Part shown: positions 10,105 through 19,665 of the stretch, piece after piece
Layout: the number at the start of each line of letters is the position of its first letter
How positions within the stretch are numbered: the first letter of the stretch is position 1
Assembly (NCBI GenBank): GCA_963707025.1
Contig: CAVPOM010000004.1
Span: forward strand, 672,001-736,000
Reading direction: 5' to 3'
Origin: an uncultured Verrucomicrobiae bacterium
GTDB taxonomy: Bacteria; Verrucomicrobiota; Verrucomicrobiia; Limisphaerales; Palsa-1400
DNA: 64,000 nt
Made by a program: the position numbers and the translations under genes
The notes under the pieces: model-generated
What the model was told of the DNA's origin: nothing
What the model saw: the letters and a program-made list of their open reading frames with translations, nothing else
The model's database searches: none

Positions 10105-12036
10105 TTAAGTCGCGGCGGCGGCGGGCGCTCCCGGCGGCGGTGGCGGCGGCGCGGCGGCGGCCTTGAAGCTGGCCCAATGGCGTTGCGGCGTCAGCGCCAG
10201 AATGATGAGCGCGAGCTGGGAGGCGTCGAAAAACATCAGCCAGCGAAAGGCCGCGTCCATAAAGCCATAGGAGTGCAGGCCAATGCCCAGCATGTTGACG
10301 CCGAACCAGGAAAAACTGGTGACGATGTTGCCGAAGACGGCCAGGGCCATCAAGCCGCGTTCCCGGATCAGCCCGCCCCAGCGGGCGTGGAGAATAATCG
10401 CGTTCCACAACACAATCAGCAACGCCCCGTTCTCCTTGGGGTCCCAGCCCCAGAAACGGCCCCAGGATTGATCGGCCCAAATCCCGCCCAGAATCGTCCC
10501 CACAAAACTAAACAGCGTGGCGAAACAAACAATCCCATACACCATGCGCGCCAGCGTCCGGCCCAGCTCGGCGGTGAGGGAACGGGTGAAAAAGCCGCGC
10601 ACGATGTAAATGATGGCCAGCAGCCCCGCCACGAACATGGAGGCATAACCCAGCGTCACCACGACAACGTGGGTGGAGAGCCACAAGTTGGTGTCGAGCA
10701 CGGCGCGCAGCATTTCCATGGTGTCGCCCCGCCCCGGCGCGGTCCACAGGTCCTGCAAGGCCAGATGATGGGCGATGTTCAGGGTGATGAAGCCGATCAG
10801 TCCGGCACAAACCAGGCCGATGCCACCCTGGAAGAGCCGTTCCAGAACCAGGCCGAAGAGCACCGCCGCCCAGCCGATGAAGATGGCCGAGGAATAAAGA
10901 TTGGTGACCGGCGGGCGTCCTTGCAAATACATGCGGAAGACCAGCGCGAAGGTGTAAATGGCGAAGGCCAGGACGAGCAGGTAGAATCCCGATTTCCGCG
11001 CGGTGGGGGACAGATTGATCCAATACAAACATCCCAGGATCACCGCGGCCACGCAGATCACCATGCTCACATAAAAGGGCTGGATCTGGTTGAAAAAGAA
11101 TTCCTGCTCTCCCGCGGCCAGCGCGGCGGACAATCCATTGGCCCGCAGCCACTCGCGGTAATCGGCCACCGCCTGGTTGAATTCGCCCGGCCTGTCCGCG
11201 TTGAAGGCCCCGGCCATCCTGGCATAGTCCTTCATCGGCTCGCTCACCGTGCCCGAAAGAATGGCGTCCATAAGATTGGTCCCCACGTTGGACCAGCCCT
11301 GGCGCGGCTGGCCCGGGGCGGGAGGAATCATCAAGGGATAGGCGAGCTGCGAAAGCTCCTCGTAGCGGCGGAAAAAATAGGTGATGCTTTTCAAATCGTC
11401 CTGGTTGGCCGGTTTGCCTTGATCGGTGTTTTGCAAGGCGGCCCGGCCGGCGGGCAGACACTGCTGGTAAGCCTCCAATTCCTTCTGAAAATCTTCCGCC
11501 GCCTCCGGCTGGAGGCTGTTTTTGATGCGAAAATACAGTTGCAGGCTGCTATACAGGTGCAAGACGTCTTTTTGGAACGGCTGGCGCTGTTTCTCCGCCT
11601 CATCGCCCAATCCTTTCTCCGCCTCGAAAATCAACTGCGCCTGCTCCCGGATGAAGGGGTGCTGGTTGGTCAGGTCGTTGAAGGAGAATTTGGTCAATCC
11701 TTCCGTGGTCGCGCCCAGCTTCCCGGCCAGATCGGGATGTTGCACGCGAAAAATTTTCCGCTGATCGGCCAGTTCCGGATTGGTCATGGCTTCCAACAAC
11801 CATTCCGTGGCGCTCAGCCGGCCGCCGCTGGCGTTGGTCAGCGTGGAGGCGCCGCTGATGCCCAGAAGCGAATTGCGCGCCACCGAATCCAGCGGCTGCA
11901 CACGCCCGTTGAGCAGCACGGGCAATCTTCCCCAGGCCGCCACCTGGAAGCCGTTCGCCGGCTTGGGCGCCTGCAGGCCGGACAAAAACCAGGCGGCAAA
12001 AATTCCGGTCAAAATCCAGGGCAGCCATTTTTTCAT
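10105..12036 (-). CDS. ccsA: Cytochrome c biogenesis protein CcsA/ResC (system II) with long periplasmic N-terminal domain
   Basis: WWD motif WADQSWGRFWGWDPKEN, GRPPVTNLYSS, WLSTHV, GLHSYG, many TM helices. Confidence 0.92.
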   Translation of the reverse strand: MKKWLPWILTGIFAAWFLSGLQAPKPANGFQVAAWGRLPVLLNGRVQPLDSVARNSLLGISGASTLTNASGGRLSATEWLLEAMTNPELADQRKIFRVQHPDLAGKLGATTEGLTKFSFNDLTNQHPFIREQAQLIFEAEKGLGDEAEKQRQPFQKDVLHLYSSLQLYFRIKNSLQPEAAEDFQKELEAYQQCLPAGRAALQNTDQGKPANQDDLKSITYFFRRYEELSQLAYPLMIPPAPGQPRQGWSNVGTNLMDAILSGTVSEPMKDYARMAGAFNADRPGEFNQAVADYREWLRANGLSAALAAGEQEFFFNQIQPFYVSMVICVAAVILGCLYWINLSPTARKSGFYLLVLAFAIYTFALVFRMYLQGRPPVTNLYSSAIFIGWAAVLFGLVLERLFQGGIGLVCAGLIGFITLNIAHHLALQDLWTAPGRGDTMEMLRAVLDTNLWLSTHVVVVTLGYASMFVAGLLAIIYIVRGFFTRSLTAELGRTLARMVYGIVCFATLFSFVGTILGGIWADQSWGRFWGWDPKENGALLIVLWNAIILHARWGGLIRERGLMALAVFGNIVTSFSWFGVNMLGIGLHSYGFMDAAFRWLMFFDASQLALIILALTPQRHWASFKAAAAPPPPPPGAPAAAAT

Positions 12037-13319
12037 GCGTCACTCCTTTTTCCGGCCAGGGCCGGTTGCAGGGCTTTGGCCGGCGGCGCGCCGCGGGCCG
12101 GGAGTGGCGGCGTCTGTTGCGCCCGCTTCCGGGCAAAGCCGGACAAGTGCATGAGGAATTGCACGATCAACCCCAGCGCCACCAGACTGCACGCCACATA
12201 GGGCGTGAGCGCGGCCGGATTGCGCACCACCTGCAAAATGGAAACGCGGTCACCCTCCTCAAAACTGGCCTGGTAAAACGTTTCCCCGCCATAGCGCAGC
12301 GGTGCGTTCATTCGGATCAGCACGTCCCGGTCCTCCCCGCGCGCCGGGTCGCGCAGGTGAATCTTGCTGGAAAAATTGCTCGGGATGTCGGTGCCGGCGT
12401 AAATGTCGTGTTTGAACTCCAACAAGGTGATCGTGTAAGGCTTGTAATAGCGCACCGGCCGCAGCGCCATTTCATACGTGCGCCCCGCCGCCTGGAATCT
12501 TTGCGGCTCGGTCAGCGGCTGGCGCAGCAGCCCGCCAAACTCCGCCTGCAATTCCTGCGCCAGCGGCGGCCGGGCCAGCCAAAAGGACACCGTCCAGTCG
12601 CCCAACGAACGGTTGCCGTCCACCACCTCGACCAGCGCGGTGGGCCGGTTTTCGTCGTCCATCCGTTTGGCCTCGGGGAGGGGCGCGAAGAGAAGCTGCC
12701 GGCCGATTCCCTGGCTGGCTTTGAGTTTTTCGCCGCCGCCGGACATCGGGCCGGCCGGGGTTGAGTTTTGAAAATAAGTCTTGACGCGCAAGGCGAAGGG
12801 CAGGCCGGGGGGATGCAGTTCCCCGCCCTGGGCCAGGAGCGCCTCCGGGATGGACACCACCCGGTCGCGTCCGGGATCGGTCACATCCGTCACCGCCAAT
12901 TCATGGCGGCGGCTGTCTTCGGTGTAATTGCCCGACCCGCCCACCGGCAGCCGCATCTGGCTTTCGATCTGAAATGTCTCCGTCAGGAATTGGCCGGCCA
13001 GCAGAATGATCAAGCCGGCGTGAACGAGCAGAATGCCGGTCTTCTTTTTGCTGAGTTGAAATCGTTTGATATGGGCCGCCAGCAAATTGAGCAGCAGCGC
13101 CAGGCCGATCGTCCAGCCTCCCGGAAAGACCGGGATCCGCAGGTGCGATCCCGCCGGCGTCCAATGCACAACAAAGCTGCGGAAAATCTGCGTCTGCGCG
13201 TCGTAAAGCCCCATGTGAACCTCTGCCAAAGTGCCGAAGAAAACCAGCAGGAGCGCCAGCGCCAGCAGGACCACGGTCAGGCGCAGCAACGTCAGGAAAT
13301 TCAGGCAGTTCTTCAGCAT
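12033..13319 (-). CDS. ResB/Ccs1-like cytochrome c biogenesis protein
   Basis: N-terminal TMs, LVHAGLIILLAGQ (conserved His), IRMNAPLRYGGETFYQAS, C-terminal TM; 4-bp overlap with ccsA. Confidence 0.85.
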   Translation of the reverse strand: MLKNCLNFLTLLRLTVVLLALALLLVFFGTLAEVHMGLYDAQTQIFRSFVVHWTPAGSHLRIPVFPGGWTIGLALLLNLLAAHIKRFQLSKKKTGILLVHAGLIILLAGQFLTETFQIESQMRLPVGGSGNYTEDSRRHELAVTDVTDPGRDRVVSIPEALLAQGGELHPPGLPFALRVKTYFQNSTPAGPMSGGGEKLKASQGIGRQLLFAPLPEAKRMDDENRPTALVEVVDGNRSLGDWTVSFWLARPPLAQELQAEFGGLLRQPLTEPQRFQAAGRTYEMALRPVRYYKPYTITLLEFKHDIYAGTDIPSNFSSKIHLRDPARGEDRDVLIRMNAPLRYGGETFYQASFEEGDRVSILQVVRNPAALTPYVACSLVALGLIVQFLMHLSGFARKRAQQTPPLPARGAPPAKALQPALAGKRSDA

Positions 13320-13322
13320 GGC

Positions 13323-14435
13323 TCAGGGGTAGCGGACGGTTTGGACGAATTGGGTGAAGGCATCTTTTTCACGGGCCACGACCGCGCCCGCCCCCATCAA
13401 TTTATAGAACCAGGTCTGGCCGGCGTGCGGCACGGTGACGGCCACCATCCGGCTGGGCTGGCCGCCGGCGTCTGTGCCGGTCAGATCCACCAGTGTGGCC
13501 TTTCCGCCCAGCACATCCAGGGATGCCGTGGCCTTCGCCAGCCCATCCTCCGCAATGTCCGGCAAATTCAACTGCCTGCGCCAGCGATTAACGTTGGCCA
13601 GCGTGCCGCCGCCTTCGCCGCCCAAAACGCTGATGCTGACAACGGCTTTCTGGCCCGCGTCGCCCGCGATGGAGAAGCTTTTCATCACCATGGCGCCGGG
13701 CGGGGTTTCCATCCAGTTCGCCGGGGTGTTCCATTTGGGTTGGTCGTTGGAATTGCCAGGGGCGGCCATGCCCATGCCCATGCCCATGCCCACGCCGGTC
13801 ATGCCCGCGTGCGGATCGGCCTTCGTCACGGCGGCATCGCTTCCGCCGAAATGGACCGATTTTAGAAACTCAAGAAAAACCGGTTTCGCTCCTGCCACCA
13901 CTTCCGCGTCTCCGCGCATTTTAAAAAACCACGAAGCGCCGTCGCGCGGAATCATCGCCACCACCGTCCGTTGCGAGGCGCCCGCCATCTCGTAAAGTTT
14001 TCCTTCGTTGGAATCCACCACCGTCTTTTCGGACACAATGTCTTTTTCCGTGATGTCGCCCAGGCCGACCTCCTGCCGCCAGCGGTTGACGTTGGCCAGC
14101 GTGCCTCCCACGTCGCCGGGAAAGGAGGTGATCGTCACCTCGGCCTTTTTGTCGCCGGGCCCCGGCACCACAAAATTGCCCAGGCGGATGCTGTTGGGCG
14201 GCATTTCCTTCCAGCCGGGCGGCGTGGTCCAATGGACGGCGGCGGAGTTGACGGGGACCGGCGGGGCATCCGCGCCCATCATGGACATGCCGGGGGTCCC
14301 CTGGTTCTGGGCCGCCGGGGCTGGCGCCGCCGGTTCCTTGGGGGCGTCATAACTTTTGATTTGATTGTCGCGCCGGCATCCCGCCAAAAGGCCGGTCACC
14401 AAGCACGCCGAAACAACTGCGCAAGATAATTTCAT
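13323..14435 (-). CDS. Lipoprotein with a duplicated domain, first gene of the ccs operon
   Basis: Lipobox LLAGC; two copies of W-x-x-P-x-x-W-x-E...GGTLANVNRWR...WF(F/Y)K; Met/Gly-rich linker DPHAGMTGVGMGMGMGM. Confidence 0.8.
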   Translation of the reverse strand: MKLSCAVVSACLVTGLLAGCRRDNQIKSYDAPKEPAAPAPAAQNQGTPGMSMMGADAPPVPVNSAAVHWTTPPGWKEMPPNSIRLGNFVVPGPGDKKAEVTITSFPGDVGGTLANVNRWRQEVGLGDITEKDIVSEKTVVDSNEGKLYEMAGASQRTVVAMIPRDGASWFFKMRGDAEVVAGAKPVFLEFLKSVHFGGSDAAVTKADPHAGMTGVGMGMGMGMAAPGNSNDQPKWNTPANWMETPPGAMVMKSFSIAGDAGQKAVVSISVLGGEGGGTLANVNRWRRQLNLPDIAEDGLAKATASLDVLGGKATLVDLTGTDAGGQPSRMVAVTVPHAGQTWFYKLMGAGAVVAREKDAFTQFVQTVRYP

Positions 14436-14672
14436 TTCGAGTGAACACAACATAGCACGCCCCGCGCCGGGCAAAAGACGTTTTTTTCGTTTCCCGTGGC
14501 ATCAACGTGGCACCCTTTGGGCTTCGCCGATCCTGGGCGGGGGCTTGCCAGACATCTGCGATTGGCGGAATCTCCTTGAATTTGTCGTGAAGGACTGCGA
14601 ACAATTGCAACCAAATTATGACAGCGCCGTGGCGCGAAGCGGCGACGAGTCGAACTGAATGGACGACAAATC

Positions 14673-16100
14673 ATGCTAACAAATCTCCAGCTCAAGAACT
14701 TCAAGATTTGGAGGGACACCAAGCCTTTTAAGATGGCCCCCTTGACGGTCCTGTTCGGCACGAACAGTTCGGGCAAAAGCAGTATCGAGCAATTTTTCTT
14801 GATGCTCAAACAGACGATGGAATCCTCCGACCGCAAGGTCGTAATTTATCCCGGGGACCGGGACTCGGCGGTAAACCTCGGCTCGTTCGAAGAACTCGTC
14901 TTCGCCCGCGATCCCAAGAACAAGCTCGAATTTAACTTTGAGTGGAGCTTGGCAAAACCCCTTACCATCAAAGACCCCCGCTCTGAATTCGCCTGCTCTG
15001 GAGACCACCTCCGCTTCTCCGCAGACGTAGGCATGGCAGGAGAAAAGCACCCTAAGCTCGCCGTGGGTCGGTTTGAGTATGAACTCAAGCAGGACGGCAG
15101 CGACGTGATGCGCGTGTGGGTCGTGCGCAAAGCCGGCGAAAAGATCGAATACAAACTTGACGCCTCACCTTATACCCTGATTCGCAATCAGATGCGGGCC
15201 TGGCCGCTCGGCGCCCCCACCAAGTTCTTCGGCTTCCCGGACGAAATTCCGGCCTACTATCAAAATGCCGACTTTGTGCAGGATTTCAGCCTCCAAATGG
15301 AGCAATTGCTTCGCTCCATCAGCTACCTGGGCCCGCTGCGATCCAAGGGCGAAAGGCTCTACTACTGGACCGGCGGCGAACCTGCAAGTGTCGGCTATTC
15401 CGGTGAGAATACGATTAGCGCCCTCCTCGCCGCTAAAGCACGCCAACTCAACACCGGAAGGAAAAAGAGAAGGAAGCCTTTCGAACAGTTTATCGCCGAG
15501 AAACTGCATCAGCTTGAACTGATTGATGAGTTCGAAGTAAAACAGATATCCGAGCATCGCAAAGAATACGAAGTGAAGGTCAAGACGCCAGGTTCCCCAT
15601 TCTGGGTGGACGTTCCTGATGTCGGCTTCGGCATTTCACAGGTCTTGCCCGTCTTGGTGCAGTGCTTCTACGCGCCCGCTGACTCGATTCTCTTCATCGA
15701 ACAACCGGAATTGCACCTCCATCCCAAAGCCCAATCGAACCTCGCGGACTTGTTCATCAATGTTCTATCTTCTCGGGTTGACGGCAGGCCGCGCAACATT
15801 CAACTCGTGATCGAGACACATTCCGAACATTTTCTTCACAGACTCCAGCGCCGTATCGCCGAAAACCACCCGGATCGTCTTATTACTCCCGACCAAGTCG
15901 CCGCTTATTTTGCTTACACCACTGGCGCCGACTCAAAGTTGGAGCCACTCCAGATTGACCTCCTTGGTAACGTCATTAATTGGCCGGAGAATTTCTTTGG
16001 CGACAGCATGGGCGATCTCACGGCCATGACCCAAGCGGCAGCCCTGCGCGAACAGGCGCGCACCATTCCAAATATCCAACCGAAGGCTGCCACAGAGTGA
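14673..16100 (+). CDS. ABC-type (AAA_15/AAA_21-like) ATPase with DUF3696-like C-terminus
   Basis: LKNFKIW, Walker A GTNSSGKS, YLGPLR, signature-like DVGFGISQVLP, Walker B LFIEQPELHLHP, H-loop IETHSEH, C-terminal GNVINWPENFFGD. Confidence 0.9.
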   Translation: MLTNLQLKNFKIWRDTKPFKMAPLTVLFGTNSSGKSSIEQFFLMLKQTMESSDRKVVIYPGDRDSAVNLGSFEELVFARDPKNKLEFNFEWSLAKPLTIKDPRSEFACSGDHLRFSADVGMAGEKHPKLAVGRFEYELKQDGSDVMRVWVVRKAGEKIEYKLDASPYTLIRNQMRAWPLGAPTKFFGFPDEIPAYYQNADFVQDFSLQMEQLLRSISYLGPLRSKGERLYYWTGGEPASVGYSGENTISALLAAKARQLNTGRKKRRKPFEQFIAEKLHQLELIDEFEVKQISEHRKEYEVKVKTPGSPFWVDVPDVGFGISQVLPVLVQCFYAPADSILFIEQPELHLHPKAQSNLADLFINVLSSRVDGRPRNIQLVIETHSEHFLHRLQRRIAENHPDRLITPDQVAAYFAYTTGADSKLEPLQIDLLGNVINWPENFFGDSMGDLTAMTQAAALREQARTIPNIQPKAATE

Positions 16101-16624
16101 GCGCCGTGGTGATTGATACGAACGTCCTGCTCGTAGCCGATGGTAAAGCCAACCAGATGTCGGCAGGTTGCCGCGCGGAATGTGCGCAACGCCTTGAAGC
16201 GGTCAAAAAAGGGGATCGCGTTGTCTTGGATCAGCAGTGGTTGATTTTGCGTGAGTATCAAAATAAACTCAGTCCGTCCGGCAAACCGCCAACGCCAGGG
16301 AACCTCTTTCTTAAATGGCTGATGACAGTCTGTCGCAATGAGCAACATGTCTCACAAGTTTCGATCACACCAACGAATCGGGATCAAACGAAGTTCGCGG
16401 AGTTTCCAGACGACGAGCCTCTTGAATTGGCATTCGATCCGGAGGATCGAAAGTTTGTTGCAGCCGCGCATGTGCATCCAGACAATCCACCAATTTTAGA
16501 AGCAGCCGATTGCAAATGGCTGGGTTGGGAAGCCAGTCTGAAACGACATGGCATACAACTGGAAGTTCTCTGCCGGTGCGAACTTGAATTAATTCGGAAA
16601 CGCAAAAAAGGTGCGGGAACATGA
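16097..16624 (+). CDS. PIN-domain putative ribonuclease
   Basis: GTG start overlapping ATPase stop (GTGA); VVIDTNVL, ILREYQ, FDPEDRKFVA, EAADCKW supply the PIN acidic tetrad. Confidence 0.75.
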   Translation: MSAVVIDTNVLLVADGKANQMSAGCRAECAQRLEAVKKGDRVVLDQQWLILREYQNKLSPSGKPPTPGNLFLKWLMTVCRNEQHVSQVSITPTNRDQTKFAEFPDDEPLELAFDPEDRKFVAAAHVHPDNPPILEAADCKWLGWEASLKRHGIQLEVLCRCELELIRKRKKGAGT

Positions 16625-17310
16625 CCGATGCCTTCCACAAGTTTCCCCACACGCCCCATCTGCTTTGGCTCGGTCTTGGATCGCCGCGTGACGACAAAAT
16701 TCTCAAGGCGGCAGAGGCCGCTGATTTCCTGTCCGCGGAAGTAATCGTCGAAGAGAAGGTGGACGGGGCAAATTTAGGTTTGTCTCTTGGCCCCGACGGC
16801 CGTGTGCGCGCCCAAAGTCGCGGCAATTATCTTGCCTCCGGCCGCAGTCATGCCCAATGGAATCCTCTCTGGCCGTGGCTTGCCGAACGACGTGATATTT
16901 TGGAAAATGGTCTGAGCAACGGCTTGGTAATTTTTGGTGAATGGTGCTATGCCCGGCACACTGTTCCTTACGACGCCCTGCCGGACTGGTTTCTCGGTTT
17001 CGATATTTTCGAAGTTGCTTCACGACGCTTCTGGTCGGTGGAGCGGCGGAATGAGTGGCTGCGACAGAAGGGCTTGGTTTCGGTCCCGGAAGTCAAACGA
17101 GGGCATTTATCCAGCAAGCGCCTGCCTTCCTTGCTGGGCAATTCCGCGGTTGGAAGCACGCCGATGGAGGGCATTTACTTGCGGCGCGATCAGGATGGCT
17201 GGCTCCAGGCACGGGCCAAGGTTGTCAGCACGGCCTTTCAGCAGCAAATTGAGGAACACTGGACACGTCGTACCGTGACCCCAAATCAACTGGCGCTGGT
17301 CCATGTTTGA
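16621..17310 (+). CDS. ATP-dependent RNA ligase family nucleotidyltransferase
   Basis: ATGA overlap with PIN stop; FPHTPHL, motif I EEKVDGAN, III FGEW, IIIa FLGFDI, IV EGIYLR, V RAKVV; no OB-fold domain. Confidence 0.85.
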   Translation: MTDAFHKFPHTPHLLWLGLGSPRDDKILKAAEAADFLSAEVIVEEKVDGANLGLSLGPDGRVRAQSRGNYLASGRSHAQWNPLWPWLAERRDILENGLSNGLVIFGEWCYARHTVPYDALPDWFLGFDIFEVASRRFWSVERRNEWLRQKGLVSVPEVKRGHLSSKRLPSLLGNSAVGSTPMEGIYLRRDQDGWLQARAKVVSTAFQQQIEEHWTRRTVTPNQLALVHV

Positions 17311-17342
17311 AAAACCGCCGATGCCGGGAGCACCTTCCAACC

Positions 17343-19585
17343 ATGAACTCTGACATCCCCGGTTGGCGCACGGACTTCGACAGGGAGTTTACCGCCGCGC
17401 GCCTGGCGCTGCTGCTGGGCGTGCTCATGCTCGTCTCCTATCCGGACATCGTCCTTGGCACGCACGCTTTCTTTTACCGCGATACCGGGCAATTCGGGTT
17501 CCCGGTCGCGTATTATTTGCGGGATTGCTTTTGGCGCGGCGAGGTTCCGCTGTGGAATCCTTACAATAATTGCGGCCTTCCCTTTCTCGCCCAGTGGAAC
17601 ACGCTGGCCCTTTATCCGCCGTCCTTGTTCTACGAGTTGCTGCCTATGCCCTGGGCGATGAACTTTTTCATTCTGGGCCATGTTTTTCTGGCGGGAATCG
17701 GGATGTACTTTCTGGCCTTGCGCTGGTTTGGCAATCGCCTGGCCGCCAGTTTCGCCGGCCTGATTTTCGCCTGGAACGGGCTGGCTCTGCATTGCTGGAT
17801 GTGGCCCTGCCACATTGCCGCCCTGGCCTGGATGCCGTGGGTGGTGCTGCTGGCCGAACGGGCCTGGAGCGGAGGCCAACGCCCTGTCGCCGGGGCGGCG
17901 CTGGCCGGCGCATGCCAGATGGTGACCGGCTCGCCGGAAATAATCATCTTTACATGGCTGATCGTGCTGGGAGTTTTCCTGCCTCGAGGTCTGGCGGCAA
18001 AAGCGTTTGTCCTGGGGCGGGGCGGGGCGGCTGGCCTCGGTGGTCGTGCTCGTCACGGCCCTGAGCGCGGCGCAACTTCTGCCCTGGCTGGATTTGCTGG
18101 CGCACGGCGACCGCACCACGGCTGTCGGCGACAACACCTGGGCGATGCCGGTGTGGGGCGCGGCCAATTTTCTCGTCCCGCTTTTCCGCATGACCTCATC
18201 GCTCAGCGGCGTCTGGATGCAACCGGGCCAGGAATGGACAACGTCTTATTACGCGGGCATCCTCACGCTGCTGCTGGCGTTGCTGGCGGTGGCGAAGGTG
18301 CGCAACGCGCGGACCGCCTTGCTGGGCCTGCTGGCTTTGGGGGGCGTGCTTTGTGCCATGGGCGATTCCGGCCTGCTCCTTAAAATTTTGAAAACGCTCG
18401 CGCCCGCTTTGGGTTTGACCCGTTTCCCGATCAAATTTGTCGTGGTCACGATTTTTTGTTTGCCGCTGCTGGCGGCCGCGGGAATGGTCTGGCTGCAGAG
18501 CGGCGCGGCGTGGCGCGCGCGCCGCAGCTTGCTGGTCATCGGCGGAGCGCTCGCCGTCGCGGTGGCGGCTCTGGCCTTTGGCGTTCCCTATGCCGAGGAC
18601 TCGCGCCGCGTGGTTGGGGCCAATGGCGCCGTGCGCCTGCTGATTCTCGCGGCGGGACTGGCCGCCATGCTTTTTCAGCCGCGCCTTCCGCGCAAGGCGG
18701 GACAGCTCGCAGTCTCTTTCGCGTTTTTATTTTTGTCCGGCCTGGACATCTGCACCCATGTCCCGCGCCAGAACCCAACCGTTCCCGTCCGGGACTACGG
18801 GGCCCTGACTCCGCCCATGACCGCCGTGCCGCGCCTGGGAGAATCGCGCGCCATGCCGGGCCGGGCAGGCCCAGGACCTGCTGCTCAGGCTGGTCAATCC
18901 GGACTTGGAGACCCATTATTTGGGACAGCGCTCCATGCTCTTCAGCGATTGCAATCTGCTGGATAAAATTCCGAAAGTGAACGGCTTTTTTTCCATTCAT
19001 CCGCGGGAAGAAGCCGCCGTGGCCCGGCTGCTCTATGGCTCGAACTCGTTGCCCCGATTGGAGGAATTCCTCGGCGTGTCGCAACTGGGCGTCGCCCAAA
19101 TTTCCCCGCTCAAGCTGGCTTGGGAGCCGCGCACCAATTTCATGCCCTGGGCCACCCTCGGCCAGCAGCCGCTTTTCCTGGATGACGACGCCACCCTGGC
19201 CGCGATGAGCCGGCCCGATTTCGCGCCGCGCGCCGTGGTTTATTTGCCCTCCGATGCGCGCGAAAAGGTTTCCGCCAGGGCCGATCCGCGGGCGCGCCTG
19301 GTGTCAAGCACGATCACGGCGGAGAAATGCGCCTTTCAGACGCAGGCGGCGACCGCCACCATGCTGGTGATGGCGCAGGGCTGGTATCATTGCTGGCAAG
19401 CCTCGGTGGATGGGAGCGGCGTTCCGTTATGGCGGGCCAACGGCGGATTTCAGGCTGTTGAAGTCCCCGCCGGCAATCATCAAGTTCTGTTTGAGTACAA
19501 AGACCGCGCCTTCCAACTCGGCTGCGCAATTTCCGTCGTGGCCTTGTTAGGTTGCGCAGTCCTGTTTTTTGCAAAGAACAAGTAA
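17343..19585 (+). CDS. YfhO-like polytopic membrane protein (putative GT-C glycosyltransferase), two apparent +1 frameshifts
   Basis: [23 protein letters not shown], many TMs, C-terminal [12 protein letters not shown]...[18 protein letters not shown]; frames join on removing one base at ~17982 and one at ~18864. Confidence 0.8.
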
Positions 19586-19665
19586 CGCCGCCCGCTCCGG
19601 CCCTGTCTGGCGGAGTAGAGCCGGGATATGAGATTGCGCAATCGGCAGAGCTATGGTGAGGCAAG

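Noticed and set aside
14436..14672. Gene remnant or att site upstream of the ATPase-PIN-ligase cassette
   Set aside because: A short open frame ends at 14658 but has no recognisable motif; no flanking direct repeat, tRNA or integrase was found by eye
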